A stretch of DNA of 64,000 nt from a virus (Duplodnaviria > Caudoviricetes). Within the stretch, counting starts at the first letter, position 1; every line of letters begins with the position of its first letter. Positions 46,857-56,351 of the stretch are shown here, one piece after another. The stretch is taken from the IMG/VR virus record IMGVR_UViG_3300024344_003081; one strand, written 5' to 3'. The notes below the pieces were generated by a model. That model searched no databases. It was not told the DNA's origin and worked only from the letters and a program-made list of their open reading frames with translations. The position numbers and the translations under genes are program-made.

Positions 46857-47836
46857 GAATACAAGATGATATAAAACTTGATTTTGATGATGTTTTAATC
46901 AAGCCTAAAAGATCCACCCTAGTTTCACGTAAAAAAGCAAATCTAGAAAGAACATTTAAGTTCAAACATTCACACCATCGATGGACAGGAATTCCTATAA
47001 TTGCATCCAATATGGATCATACGGGAACTATTGCTATGGCTCATGTTCTTATGGAATTTCCCATGCTTACAGCATTGTGTAAATTTGTTGAGTCTACAGA
47101 ATGGGGATGGAATAAAAATATAATAAGAACAATCGGTCTAGATCAAAATTTAGATGAATTAACTGATGATTCAATGTGGATTTGTCTTGATGTAGCAAAT
47201 GGATATACAGAACGTTTTAATGATTATGTTGCATTAATGAGAAGACATGCCGCAACTAAAGATAGAATAATTATAGCAGGAAATGTATGTACACCAGAAG
47301 CAACAGAACAAATACTTTTAGCAGGAGCCGATATCGTAAAAATAGGAATAGGTCCTGGATCGGTGTGTACAACTCGCAAAATGACAGGCGTTGGATATCC
47401 ACAATTAAGTGCTACAATGGAATGTGGAGATGCGGCCCATGGTCTAGGAGGACACATAATTACAGACGGAGGATGCACAGTTGTAGGAGATATTGCAAAA
47501 AGTTTTGGAGGTGGTGCAGATTTTGTAATGCTTGGTGGTATGTTAGCAGGGCACAAAGAATGCGAAGGAGAAATAGAAGATGACAAAATGATATTTTATG
47601 GAATGTCTTCAACTGAAGCACAAATAAAACATCATGGTGGAAAAAAATCTCATAGAGCATCAGAAGGAAAAGCAGTTATGATAGATTACAGAGGTAATGT
47701 AGCAGATACAGTACAAGAAATCTTAGGAGGATTACGAAGTTCATGTACATATGCTGGTGCAAAATCAATTAAAGACTTGCCCAAATGTACTACATTTGTT
47801 AAGGTTAATCGACAGTTAAATACGGTATTTAATTGA
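46853..47836 (+). CDS. guaC: GMP reductase
   Basis: LDFDDVLIKPKRSTL, CLDVANGY, KIGIGPGSVCTTR, FYGMSS, RASEGK, GGLRSSCTY. Confidence 0.95.
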   Translation: MRIQDDIKLDFDDVLIKPKRSTLVSRKKANLERTFKFKHSHHRWTGIPIIASNMDHTGTIAMAHVLMEFPMLTALCKFVESTEWGWNKNIIRTIGLDQNLDELTDDSMWICLDVANGYTERFNDYVALMRRHAATKDRIIIAGNVCTPEATEQILLAGADIVKIGIGPGSVCTTRKMTGVGYPQLSATMECGDAAHGLGGHIITDGGCTVVGDIAKSFGGGADFVMLGGMLAGHKECEGEIEDDKMIFYGMSSTEAQIKHHGGKKSHRASEGKAVMIDYRGNVADTVQEILGGLRSSCTYAGAKSIKDLPKCTTFVKVNRQLNTVFN

Positions 47837-47837
47837 A

Positions 47838-47870
47838 CTCTAATCATATCTTAACAATATTCTAACAATA
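47838..47870 (+). promoter_or_regulatory. Three tandem 11-bp direct repeats (Pho-box-like operator)
   Basis: CTCTAATCATA / TCTTAACAATA / TTCTAACAATA upstream of the PiT-like gene. Confidence 0.5.
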
Positions 47871-47874
47871 GAAA

Positions 47875-47882
47875 TATAAATA
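47875..47882 (+). promoter_or_regulatory. T4-type late promoter
   Basis: TATAAATA in intergenic DNA. Confidence 0.5.
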
Positions 47883-47950
47883 TTTTGGATGGATATGCAA
47901 AAGGAACACAGAACACTTTACGATAAATGGAAATATAAAAAAGGAGATAT

Positions 47951-48916
47951 GTGGATTTAGTAACATTGTATACTATAGTTGGATTTTCTCTAGCGAGTTA
48001 TTCAGTTATAGCTAATGATTCAGTCCAGACCCTTGGTACATGGATGGCATCAAATCAAGCACGGTTCAAGTGGTATTACATGTGGGCCGCCGCTAGTTTT
48101 GTTTTGCTATTCACAATTTGGTATGGTTGGTCTATCAACGCAGGTGATATATCGTATGGCAGATTAAACAAAATCCCATACATCCCCATAGAATGGTATC
48201 ATGCCATAGCACCACTCATTCTTGTAGCCCTCACAAGATTCGGTGTTCCCGTCAGCACAACATTTTTAGTTCTATCTGCATTTGCTAGTACAGTAGTTCT
48301 AGAAAAGGTTCTTACCAAATCAGCATTAGGATATATTGTTGCCGCTTCGGCCGCTTATCTCATATGGTTGCTTGTTGCAAGGTTTTGGGAGTCAAAGAAA
48401 GATATTCCAGAGTCGCATGACAAGTATTGGAGAGTGGCACAATGGTGTACAACAGGTTGGTTATGGTTCACTTGGTTGTCGCATGACATGGCAAACATAG
48501 CAGTATATCTACCTAGACAAGTTCCTGTTAATGTAATGATTATCATTAGCATTATATTTGTCGCAGGTCTAGGTTATATGTTCCATGAGAAAGGTGGTAG
48601 AATACAAGAAGTTGTATTGAGTAAGACAAACACAAAATATGTCAGGTCTGCAACATTAGTTGACTTGATTTATAGTTTGATATTGTGGTACTTCAAAGGA
48701 TATAATGATATTCCAATGAGTACAACTTGGGTGTTTGTTGGTTTGCTTGCAGGTAGAGAACTTGCATTTGCAACGATAACTGGTGAGCATACATTTAAAA
48801 CTGTTTTTCCATTGATAGGAAAAGATTTCTTCAAGATGATTATAGGTCTTTCTTTGTCAGTTGTCATTGTACTATTAATTCATGGATTTGCATTCGATGG
48901 TTTGAAAACCAATTGA
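47951..48916 (+). CDS. PiT/Pho4-like phosphate transporter
   Basis: Multi-TM; IANDSVQTLGT and LSHDMANIAV resemble the two PiT signature repeats; GVPVSTT and IPMSTT motifs. Confidence 0.65.
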   Translation: MDLVTLYTIVGFSLASYSVIANDSVQTLGTWMASNQARFKWYYMWAAASFVLLFTIWYGWSINAGDISYGRLNKIPYIPIEWYHAIAPLILVALTRFGVPVSTTFLVLSAFASTVVLEKVLTKSALGYIVAASAAYLIWLLVARFWESKKDIPESHDKYWRVAQWCTTGWLWFTWLSHDMANIAVYLPRQVPVNVMIIISIIFVAGLGYMFHEKGGRIQEVVLSKTNTKYVRSATLVDLIYSLILWYFKGYNDIPMSTTWVFVGLLAGRELAFATITGEHTFKTVFPLIGKDFFKMIIGLSLSVVIVLLIHGFAFDGLKTN

Positions 48917-48963
48917 TTAAAAATAATCGGAGTGCTTTGGCACTCCACTTCCCATTTTTTATT

Positions 48964-49557
48964 ATGATAATACAAAAAGATAATAATGATCCAAATGGGT
49001 ATGCATTTGAGGATGCTTTAGCAAAAGCACAATACATGTATCCAAAACCCAGAAATCCTCACATACATACAATTTTACAACATGCTCAACAGATTTATGA
49101 TGGTGAATTAATTGAACGATCTATTTGTAAACAACTTCCCGATTTTAAACCCATCAATATGATAAATTGTAAGAAGTATTTTGAGGAAATGAAGCCATGG
49201 GAATTCTTATTGAAGACTAAAGAAAGAAAAATATCAAAAGAAATGATGAGAAAAAATAATGGTGCATGGGAAACATATTATGAAGAAAAAAATGTTACAG
49301 AATGGGAATACATGTACTATGATATATTTCATGTTCCAACTCTTTCTATTATAGAGTGTAAAACATATGATTCAGACGAAGGAAGAAGGGGACATTTACA
49401 ACATATACGTGAAAATGATTGGAAATATAAGAATATGGATTATTTCTTATTTGCATTGAATAAAGACGAAAAATCTTTCGAAATTACTGATTTTTTAAGT
49501 TTAAACGGTTCAAATCAATTCAAAACTCATAATATTGATGAATTTATAGAGTTATAA
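48964..49557 (+). CDS. Hypothetical protein, possible PD-(D/E)xK nuclease
   Basis: YYDIFH...IIECKTY motif; start moved to ATG 48964. Confidence 0.35.
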   Translation: MIIQKDNNDPNGYAFEDALAKAQYMYPKPRNPHIHTILQHAQQIYDGELIERSICKQLPDFKPINMINCKKYFEEMKPWEFLLKTKERKISKEMMRKNNGAWETYYEEKNVTEWEYMYYDIFHVPTLSIIECKTYDSDEGRRGHLQHIRENDWKYKNMDYFLFALNKDEKSFEITDFLSLNGSNQFKTHNIDEFIEL

Positions 49558-49560
49558 ATA
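49553..49560 (+). promoter_or_regulatory. T4-type late promoter
   Basis: TATAAATA upstream of the 49608 gene cluster. Confidence 0.6.
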
Positions 49561-49607
49561 TTGATAAGAATAAATATATTACTATTAAAACCCTACAAGG
49601 AGAATTA

Positions 49608-49847
49608 ATGGATTATACCTCAAGTGATCTTTTAGATAAAATTGCAAGTGGAGAACACATTAAAGGAAAAGATGTTTTTAATGCATTGATGAATGATAGA
49701 GTGTTATCCGAACTTGGTGCTAAAAAAGTTGAAATAGCTAGAAGTTTATTACCCTCATCTGAAATTCCTCACTCGGAGATTGTTTTTGATAAAGCAAAAG
49801 ACATCTCTCAAGAAGATGCCAAAGATGAGCAAGAAACCGCACAATAA
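49608..49847 (+). CDS. Small protein resembling gp67-type prohead core proteins
   Basis: DLLDKIASGE...DVFNALMNDRVLSEL..KKVEIA helical pattern; late promoter and SD AGGAG. Confidence 0.4.
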   Translation: MDYTSSDLLDKIASGEHIKGKDVFNALMNDRVLSELGAKKVEIARSLLPSSEIPHSEIVFDKAKDISQEDAKDEQETAQ

Positions 49848-50106
49848 AAAACAAAAAATAGATATCGTAACTGTTGAAGAGCCTAAAGAAAATATTAGGA
49901 TTTTTGGTGATATAGGATTTTTACCAGACTTTTTTTATGAAGATGGTGATGTCAAAATTCCTAGAGAAGATGTAATTTATCTCTTTGATGATGACTGTGA
50001 TGAGGATGTTACTGAATTTGTAAACCAACAATGGTCGGAATTAGAAAAAGATGAGAACTTTTCAAAAGTTTGCATTGAACGAAGGATTAATCCAGATACC
50101 CCCTAA
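49825..50106 (+). CDS. Hypothetical acidic protein
   Basis: ORF overlapping neighbours; start uncertain. Confidence 0.4.
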   Translation: MSKKPHNKKQKIDIVTVEEPKENIRIFGDIGFLPDFFYEDGDVKIPREDVIYLFDDDCDEDVTEFVNQQWSELEKDENFSKVCIERRINPDTP

Positions 50107-50824
50107 AATTTATAAGCATTTTGAAACTGCTTTATTTACATTTGCTTTTTCACATATGATAAATGAAGTGGGAGATTATGGGTTTTCTAAAACAATTAAA
50201 AAAATAGCGGGAAAATATGGAATAAGGCGTTTTATTAAACCCGCCGCGGAGACAAATGTAGTATATAGAAATCCCCATCAAGATATGCCGTATCAAGATT
50301 GGGATGTAGATCAAAATGATAATATTACATTATTCATGGTTTATGATGAAAAAGATGCTAGTTATAATTCCTATTACGATAGTGAACATGAAAAAACGGG
50401 CAACCCTGCGATTACGTTTTATGCTTCTAATTATGTAAAAGAAATTCGTGAAGTAGATAAAAAAGAAGAAGCAACATTAATAATTGAACAAATTCTTACA
50501 AGAATACAAGCAGATTTGAAACATGAATTAATGCATTATGTTCAAGATGTTTTTCTTTCAAATAAATCAGAAAAACAAGTTCAATCGGGAAGTAATGAAG
50601 ATGAAATAGAATATTATACTTCACAAAAAGAATTTGACCCCTCAATAAGGTCTGAAATAGGTGAGTTTTTAGCCATTAGAAGACAGAATCCCTCATTACA
50701 AAAACATATAGATCAATCTAAGTTCTTTAATATATTAAAAAAACACGCATCTAAAAAATATAAACTAGCAATTAAAAAGTTTGTTATAGGTGTACAACAA
50801 GCCCTAGATAATAAGGGAAAGTAA
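50051..50824 (+). CDS. Hypothetical protein with HExxH zincin motif and capsid-targeting-like N-terminus
   Basis: MRTFQKFALNE start; LKHELMHYVQD; downstream EIEYY. Confidence 0.55.
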   Translation: MRTFQKFALNEGLIQIPPKIYKHFETALFTFAFSHMINEVGDYGFSKTIKKIAGKYGIRRFIKPAAETNVVYRNPHQDMPYQDWDVDQNDNITLFMVYDEKDASYNSYYDSEHEKTGNPAITFYASNYVKEIREVDKKEEATLIIEQILTRIQADLKHELMHYVQDVFLSNKSEKQVQSGSNEDEIEYYTSQKEFDPSIRSEIGEFLAIRRQNPSLQKHIDQSKFFNILKKHASKKYKLAIKKFVIGVQQALDNKGK

Positions 50825-50835
50825 TAAATAATAAT

Positions 50836-51429
50836 ATGGAAACATTTAAAACTTTTGCTGAATTTGGTCAAGCATATAAAGAAGAAAAGAATTGGAAAGG
50901 TGAAGAGATGCCTTCGGCATCTAAGGATATCACCAAATATACTGTTAATGATTTAAATAAGAACAAACAACGCAAGTCAAGCGATAATATTGTTTTTGCT
51001 AAATTTCTTTATATGGACAATTCTTATTCGGGAATGCAGGCAGGAAATATAAAAGGAACTGATAATCGAATTCATGATGAAGAACAACAACCTACTGCAT
51101 TGTATATGACTATTGTAGGACCAGACAGAACGGGAAAATTTCTATATCCCAAAGGTTCTTATTATGTTTCGCATGATAGAGTAAATGCAGTTGGCGAAGT
51201 GGTTAATGGTTGGACAGGAACTGCAAGGTTAGTTACAAAAGACTTAAATCAAGCAAAAGAATATATAAAAAGATTCGGTGATGTTGCTTTACAAAAAAAA
51301 CAAATAGAAAAAGGCAACAAAGGATGGGATGCATGGCCATCTACTTATGATATGACTGGAGACTTTGAGGGTAATAGAAAAGGTTATAAAGTTATCAAGA
51401 TTAAAAATCTTGAATCAATTAAACGTTAA
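50836..51429 (+). CDS. Hypothetical protein with capsid-targeting-like N-terminus
   Basis: METFKTFAE start; TAATAAATA late-promoter-like sequence upstream. Confidence 0.55.
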   Translation: METFKTFAEFGQAYKEEKNWKGEEMPSASKDITKYTVNDLNKNKQRKSSDNIVFAKFLYMDNSYSGMQAGNIKGTDNRIHDEEQQPTALYMTIVGPDRTGKFLYPKGSYYVSHDRVNAVGEVVNGWTGTARLVTKDLNQAKEYIKRFGDVALQKKQIEKGNKGWDAWPSTYDMTGDFEGNRKGYKVIKIKNLESIKR

Positions 51430-51439
51430 GGAGAAGTAA

Positions 51440-51769
51440 ATGGAGACAATGTTAGCAATTTTCGGCGCTAAGTGGTGTTGTGTGATGGCGTCTACTTTAG
51501 GAGGATTGACTAATGGATTAGTTCACAAATGGATGGGAATTTGGTGGGAAATCAAAAACCTATTGATTGCGGCCATAGTAGGTTTCATAGCCGCAGAATT
51601 CTTTATTCCTGCATTGATGGAACAATTTGAATTTGGTGTATATACAGCACTCGCAATCGCATTCTTTATTGGATATACCGGTATAAGATTATTACCTTTT
51701 CTAGAAAGAAAATTCTTTAGTAAGTTAGATAAGGCAATAGATTCCGTTGGTGGAGAAGATAAAAAATAA
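51440..51769 (+). CDS. Holin-like 3-TM membrane protein
   Basis: Three hydrophobic helices, AFFIGYTG, charged C-terminus. Confidence 0.55.
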   Translation: METMLAIFGAKWCCVMASTLGGLTNGLVHKWMGIWWEIKNLLIAAIVGFIAAEFFIPALMEQFEFGVYTALAIAFFIGYTGIRLLPFLERKFFSKLDKAIDSVGGEDKK

Positions 51770-51793
51770 CTATAGCTTAATAGTAAAGGAATT

Positions 51794-52096
51794 ATGAAAC
51801 ATTTTAAAGATTTTATGAAAGATATTGAATCATCTACAGAAGAAACTACAGAAGAAGAAGTAGATACTGAAGCAGACAAAGAAGATAAAGAAGATGCTGA
51901 TGTAAAGGCAGAAGATTATCAAGATGATGTTCGGGCCGCCTGGTATAAAGGAGATGAGGCTTATGCAGATCATAAAAAAGCAAATCCTCAAATGCATAAA
52001 AAAGTTCCTATAAAGAAAAAAGGAATGCAAATTCCTAAAGGACATATACCAAAAGATAGTGCAGAAAAGAATCGTGATAAATTTTATTCGAAGTAA
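51794..52096 (+). CDS. Small acidic/basic protein with capsid-targeting-like N-terminus
   Basis: MKHFKDFMKD start. Confidence 0.55.
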   Translation: MKHFKDFMKDIESSTEETTEEEVDTEADKEDKEDADVKAEDYQDDVRAAWYKGDEAYADHKKANPQMHKKVPIKKKGMQIPKGHIPKDSAEKNRDKFYSK

Positions 52097-52099
52097 AAT

Positions 52100-52378
52100 A
52101 TGAAATCTTTTAAAGATAGTTTTAAAGAATCTAAGCTAGATGATAGATTAGATAGATATGTTTCTGATGAAATCAAAAAGAGGAAGATCGCAAGACATGT
52201 AGTTAATGCGACAGATGACATTAAGATGAGAATGTCACCTAACAAACCAGCATTTAAATTTCCCTCTCCAACGGGAAGTATGATGATACATGTTTTTATT
52301 AGACGAATGCGTGGTCTTCCTAAAGGAATGAATAAATCAGATATAGTTGCATATAATTATCAACTAGAAGAGAAATGA
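52100..52378 (+). CDS. Small basic protein with capsid-targeting-like N-terminus
   Basis: MKSFKDSFKE start. Confidence 0.55.
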   Translation: MKSFKDSFKESKLDDRLDRYVSDEIKKRKIARHVVNATDDIKMRMSPNKPAFKFPSPTGSMMIHVFIRRMRGLPKGMNKSDIVAYNYQLEEK

Positions 52379-52665
52379 AAATAAACAAAACTATAAACAG
52401 ACATTGGAGAGACTGGGCGGGATTAGTATATCTGTTCATTTGTCTAATTGATTTTTTTGTAGCTCCTTTAATATGGAATATACGAATGGAAGAATACTGT
52501 TTGGCACATGATTGTGCGGCAGAAGGTGTGACTAGATGGCAACCTCTTACACTAGGGGCTGGAGCAATGTTTCACTTATCATTCGGAGCCATACTAGGTG
52601 CAACTGCTTGGAAGAAGAAAGAAGAATTGGAAACTCATAATAATAGGTCTGATATTATTTCTTAG
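52375..52665 (+). CDS. Holin-like protein (3TM GTA-holin-like)
   Basis: WRDWAGLVYLFICLIDF..P, WQPLTL, FHLSFGAILG..AW. Confidence 0.6.
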   Translation: MKINKTINRHWRDWAGLVYLFICLIDFFVAPLIWNIRMEEYCLAHDCAAEGVTRWQPLTLGAGAMFHLSFGAILGATAWKKKEELETHNNRSDIIS

Positions 52666-53479
52666 CGGATGTACATTCACCAATTATTTTTTATGGGATG
52701 AAGGTAAATCAGGAGATAGAACTACTTTACCAGTATCCTTAGATGTTCTCATTGAAATGGGTGAATATTCTAAACTCATTTATACAAACAAAGGAATATT
52801 TGCAGACGGATTTAATGGGGTTTCTCCCGAAGATCCAGAATTCTATGGTCTAAATAGGATGATTGCAAATCAATATCGTGTTAAACAAGATCAATTTTCT
52901 TATTATGTAATACAAGAAGATGGAATAACTATTCTTATTTTTAGAGGAACAGCAAATGCTAAGAATGTATTAACTGATATTGATGTAAGAACATTTAATG
53001 ATAGTAGATTAGATGCAAAGCTCCATAGAGGATTTAGAGATGCGGCAGAAGCCATATATGTTGATATTATAAAAACGTATGAATTAGATCATACAATATA
53101 TTTAACGGGCCATTCATTAGGCGGTGCAATTGCACAAATCATGGGAATGTGGTTACATCAGAGAGGATACAATGTTCAAATATTCACTTTCGGAAGTCCA
53201 AAAGTCAGTACTACATTTACTTTTAACGAACCCAATCATTGGAGGATGGTTGATAGGAGCGATCCTGTGCATTTTCTTCCTCCTTATCCTTACGTTCATT
53301 CAGGAGTGGTAATAGATATTAATACATTAGAATGGAGTGAAAATCATGAAGAGGGCGATATTTTACAAACAGATGGCTTGGATCATTCTATTAAAGATTA
53401 TCTTGACATATTATACAATCATTCAGACTGTGATGCACAATGTAGAGGTTCGCAAGAAATACGGGAGCCGAATGATTAA
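52598..53479 (+). CDS. Class 3 lipase, probable lipoprotein (start uncertain)
   Basis: Lipobox LSGC; IFRGT, LHRGF, LTGHSLGG, FTFGSP, DPVHFLP. Confidence 0.88.
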   Translation: MQLLGRRKKNWKLIIIGLILFLSGCTFTNYFLWDEGKSGDRTTLPVSLDVLIEMGEYSKLIYTNKGIFADGFNGVSPEDPEFYGLNRMIANQYRVKQDQFSYYVIQEDGITILIFRGTANAKNVLTDIDVRTFNDSRLDAKLHRGFRDAAEAIYVDIIKTYELDHTIYLTGHSLGGAIAQIMGMWLHQRGYNVQIFTFGSPKVSTTFTFNEPNHWRMVDRSDPVHFLPPYPYVHSGVVIDINTLEWSENHEEGDILQTDGLDHSIKDYLDILYNHSDCDAQCRGSQEIREPND

Positions 53480-53894
53480 ATATATTTTAATTTTTTGTTT
53501 ATTATTTAGTGGATGCACCGCTCTCAAGCATCTTACGGGAGATGTTGAATGCCCTCCAGATGAACATTGTGTGGATTTGACACATAGAATAGAAAACGAT
53601 ATATTTCTTGAACTAAAACCAATGAAGGGGTGGAGACAAACAGGGTGTATACACTCTAAGATGTTAGATCCTACATCAATAGTTGAACAAATGTATTGTG
53701 AGTATTGTAATAAGGAAGATCATCAGATGTGGATGATATATGATTATGGTGATGAAACATGGAATATGGGTGAAGAAGAGTGGCTTAATGTTTGTGGAAC
53801 TCCACATCCTCTATGGAATAAATCTCTTCATATGAAAGCTCAGAAAGCATTAGATAAAAAAGCAAGTGAGAAGACAGGAAGGAGAGAGAAATGA
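53472..53894 (+). CDS. Cys-rich hypothetical lipoprotein
   Basis: MIKYILIFCLLFSGC lipobox; start moved to ATG 53472. Confidence 0.55.
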   Translation: MIKYILIFCLLFSGCTALKHLTGDVECPPDEHCVDLTHRIENDIFLELKPMKGWRQTGCIHSKMLDPTSIVEQMYCEYCNKEDHQMWMIYDYGDETWNMGEEEWLNVCGTPHPLWNKSLHMKAQKALDKKASEKTGRREK

Positions 53895-54298
53895 AAGAAA
53901 TGGAACCTAAAGAAAGGGATATACTTAGAACTGCAATGGATGTGCAATTTAGATATATGTTTTATAAAAGACCAGAATTTCCTTTTCTACCTAGTATAGG
54001 AGTAAAAGATATATTTCAAGCATTCGGTAATGAAGAAGTAGGATTTATAGGGTTTCTTCATTTAAAACATACACACAGGGGAATAGGAGAAAAAGAATGG
54101 GATTCTGTTTGGTATGATACTGCCGAAGAAGGAGCAGAAGCACAGGAAAGATGGTTTGAAGATGCTCCATACGATAGACATAAATTATTACAAATACATG
54201 TTGAACATTTGAGAGTACAAGCAAGAAAAGAAAGAAAAAGAAAAGAGAAAAAAGAATTAGAAGAATTCATAGAGGATGAAGATATATTATTAAATTGA
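53891..54298 (+). CDS. Hypothetical protein
   Basis: 135-aa ORF coupled by ATGA overlap. Confidence 0.5.
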   Translation: MKEMEPKERDILRTAMDVQFRYMFYKRPEFPFLPSIGVKDIFQAFGNEEVGFIGFLHLKHTHRGIGEKEWDSVWYDTAEEGAEAQERWFEDAPYDRHKLLQIHVEHLRVQARKERKRKEKKELEEFIEDEDILLN

Positions 54299-54299
54299 A

Positions 54300-54641
54300 A
54301 TGGAAAAAGAAGGAACAATAACTGAAAACAGACCCAAAAAAGGAGCAACTGCCCGTGGTTTTAAAAGAGTAAGAGAACCACAAAAACCAAGCAATTATGC
54401 TGTTGTTCTACATGATGATAATTATACTACAAAAGATTTTGTGGTATATATTTTACAAGAAGTCTTTCATCATTCATTTATAGATGCTGAAAGAATTATG
54501 TTAAATGTGCATGAAAATGGTTTAGGCGTTGCAGGAATATATCATTTTGAGATAGCAGAAGAAAAAGCATATTATACTGCAGATTTAGCAAAAGAATATG
54601 AATATCCTTTAAAAATAACAATAGAGAAAGTAAATGAGTAG
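54300..54641 (+). CDS. clpS: ClpS N-degron adaptor of ClpAP
   Basis: YAVVLHDDNYTTKDFVVYILQEVF, AERIMLNVHENG.GVAG.Y..EIAEEKA, EYPLKITIE. Confidence 0.93.
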   Translation: MEKEGTITENRPKKGATARGFKRVREPQKPSNYAVVLHDDNYTTKDFVVYILQEVFHHSFIDAERIMLNVHENGLGVAGIYHFEIAEEKAYYTADLAKEYEYPLKITIEKVNE

Positions 54642-54795
54642 TATAAGAGAGATTAGACAAATGGGATCTATTCTACAAAGAAAGAGTCGAGGTAGAATAT
54701 GGAATAATGATATAGATCCAGTCAAGAAACACAAGAAACGAAAGAAATCAAAAGAACACATTCATAAGAATTGGGATCATGATTTGTGGGACTAA
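54634..54795 (+). CDS. Small basic hypothetical protein (not in ORF track)
   Basis: 53-aa ORF overlapping clpS stop and next gene start. Confidence 0.45.
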   Translation: MSSIREIRQMGSILQRKSRGRIWNNDIDPVKKHKKRKKSKEHIHKNWDHDLWD

Positions 54796-55025
54796 AAAAT
54801 ATTATACTTATAGTAATTATTATATTAGGACCATCATGGACAGTAGCTTATATAACTGATAAAGTAATTTATGTGATTCCAATGCTCGCCGTATGTACAT
54901 TTGTTTCCGCACAAATTTATCAAAATAGACCCACTAGATTAGATGATGATGGAAGTCATGCTAAAGAAGATGGCGGTGATGCTATAGCATCATTGGACAG
55001 TAGTAGCAAAGACGGTGATCATTAA
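54786..55025 (+). CDS. Small two-TM membrane protein
   Basis: Two hydrophobic segments; GTG start. Confidence 0.45.
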   Translation: MGLKNIILIVIIILGPSWTVAYITDKVIYVIPMLAVCTFVSAQIYQNRPTRLDDDGSHAKEDGGDAIASLDSSSKDGDH

Positions 55026-55074
55026 TAGATAAAAAATACCATAATAAATAATATAAAAACCAATTGGGAGAAAA

Positions 55075-55542
55075 ATGCAAATAGGAAGAAAACTTTTGAA
55101 ATGGTGGTTAATATTTTGTTTAATCCTTCTAGGAATTGGAATATCTTATCATTTTAACTTGCATTCACTATTATATTATGCAGATGTTACTAAACTTAGT
55201 TTTATCATTATTACTATTTTTATATTTACTTCGGTTTGGATAGGAAGAAAAACATTTGATTTAGAAAAAACCTCTGTTACAGATGATAATATTAATGTTG
55301 GGTGGTTTATTGCTGAAACTTGTTTAGCATTAGGAATGGTTGGAACTGTAACTGGTTTTTTATACATGTTAGGAACCGCATTTGAAAATATAGATATTAC
55401 TGATGCTACAACATTACAAGATGCTCTTGCCTCAATGGCTAAAGGAATGTCTACTGCCTTGTATACAACCCTAACGGGATTAATCGCTTCTTTAATTATT
55501 AAAGTACAGTTGGTGAATTATGAAGTGGAAGAATCGGTATAA
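55075..55542 (+). CDS. MotA/TolQ/ExbB proton-channel family protein
   Basis: LALGMVGTVTGF, MAKGMSTALYTTLTGL. Confidence 0.85.
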   Translation: MQIGRKLLKWWLIFCLILLGIGISYHFNLHSLLYYADVTKLSFIIITIFIFTSVWIGRKTFDLEKTSVTDDNINVGWFIAETCLALGMVGTVTGFLYMLGTAFENIDITDATTLQDALASMAKGMSTALYTTLTGLIASLIIKVQLVNYEVEESV

Positions 55543-55545
55543 AGT

Positions 55546-56349
55546 ATGTTCGATAGAAATAAATACAATTCAAGCATCGGTTTTACTGACATGCTTTTTA
55601 ATATTCTTGTTGGATTTGCTTTTCTTTTCATTGTCGCATTTTTATTGATAAAACCAGAAGCAAAGAAAGAAGACTTTGAGAGAAAAGCAGAATTTGTTGT
55701 TGTCATGGAGTGGAATCATGATGCACCAGATGATGTTGATCTTTATGTACAAGACCCAACAGGCACTAAAGTACATTTTAGATTACCTATAACTAATTTT
55801 ATGTACTTGGATAAAGATGATTTGGGCTTTGCAAATGATATTGTAAAAAATGTAGATGGTACAATAACGAAAGTAAATATTAATAGGGAAGTAGTTACTA
55901 TACGTGGTATCATTCCTGGTGAATATATTATTAATGCTCATTATTATTCAGCAAGACAATGGGAGAATGATGGAAGATTAAATACAAATCATGAAAGATC
56001 AAAACCAGATCCCGGTAGAAAATTAACTGTAAAAGTAGAATTGCATAGAGTTAATCCTTATAAAATTTGGTGGGTAGGAGAGAAAACATTTACTCACAGA
56101 GGACAAGAAGAAACTTTTGTGAGATTTACATTAGATCACGAAGGAAATCAAGTTGGAGATTTTAATTATATAGAAAAAGACTTTGTAGCTCCATTTCAAA
56201 ATACAGTTGGATCGGCGGCTCCTGTTGAATTTGAACAGATAGGAGATCAAATTGAAGACCATCACGCAGATGAACCTACAGGATCTTCAACACTTGTTGA
56301 ATCTGGAACAGATGAAGCAGATTATTTAGATAGTATTAGGCAAAGGTAG
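55546..56349 (+). CDS. ExbD/MotB-like single-TM partner with YfaP-like periplasmic domain
   Basis: GFTDMLFNILVGF (conserved TM Asp), MEWNHDAPDDVDLYVQDP, YLDKDDLG, PGEYIINAHYY. Confidence 0.65.
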   Translation: MFDRNKYNSSIGFTDMLFNILVGFAFLFIVAFLLIKPEAKKEDFERKAEFVVVMEWNHDAPDDVDLYVQDPTGTKVHFRLPITNFMYLDKDDLGFANDIVKNVDGTITKVNINREVVTIRGIIPGEYIINAHYYSARQWENDGRLNTNHERSKPDPGRKLTVKVELHRVNPYKIWWVGEKTFTHRGQEETFVRFTLDHEGNQVGDFNYIEKDFVAPFQNTVGSAAPVEFEQIGDQIEDHHADEPTGSSTLVESGTDEADYLDSIRQR

Positions 56350-56351
56350 AT

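Noticed and set aside
37296-47836. Interpretation as a bacterial chromosome segment or prophage-host junction
   Set aside because: Metabolic genes are interleaved with T4-type genes, all on one strand with phage-like tight spacing and late-promoter motifs; no integrase or att site seen. Assembly chimerism cannot be fully excluded without reads
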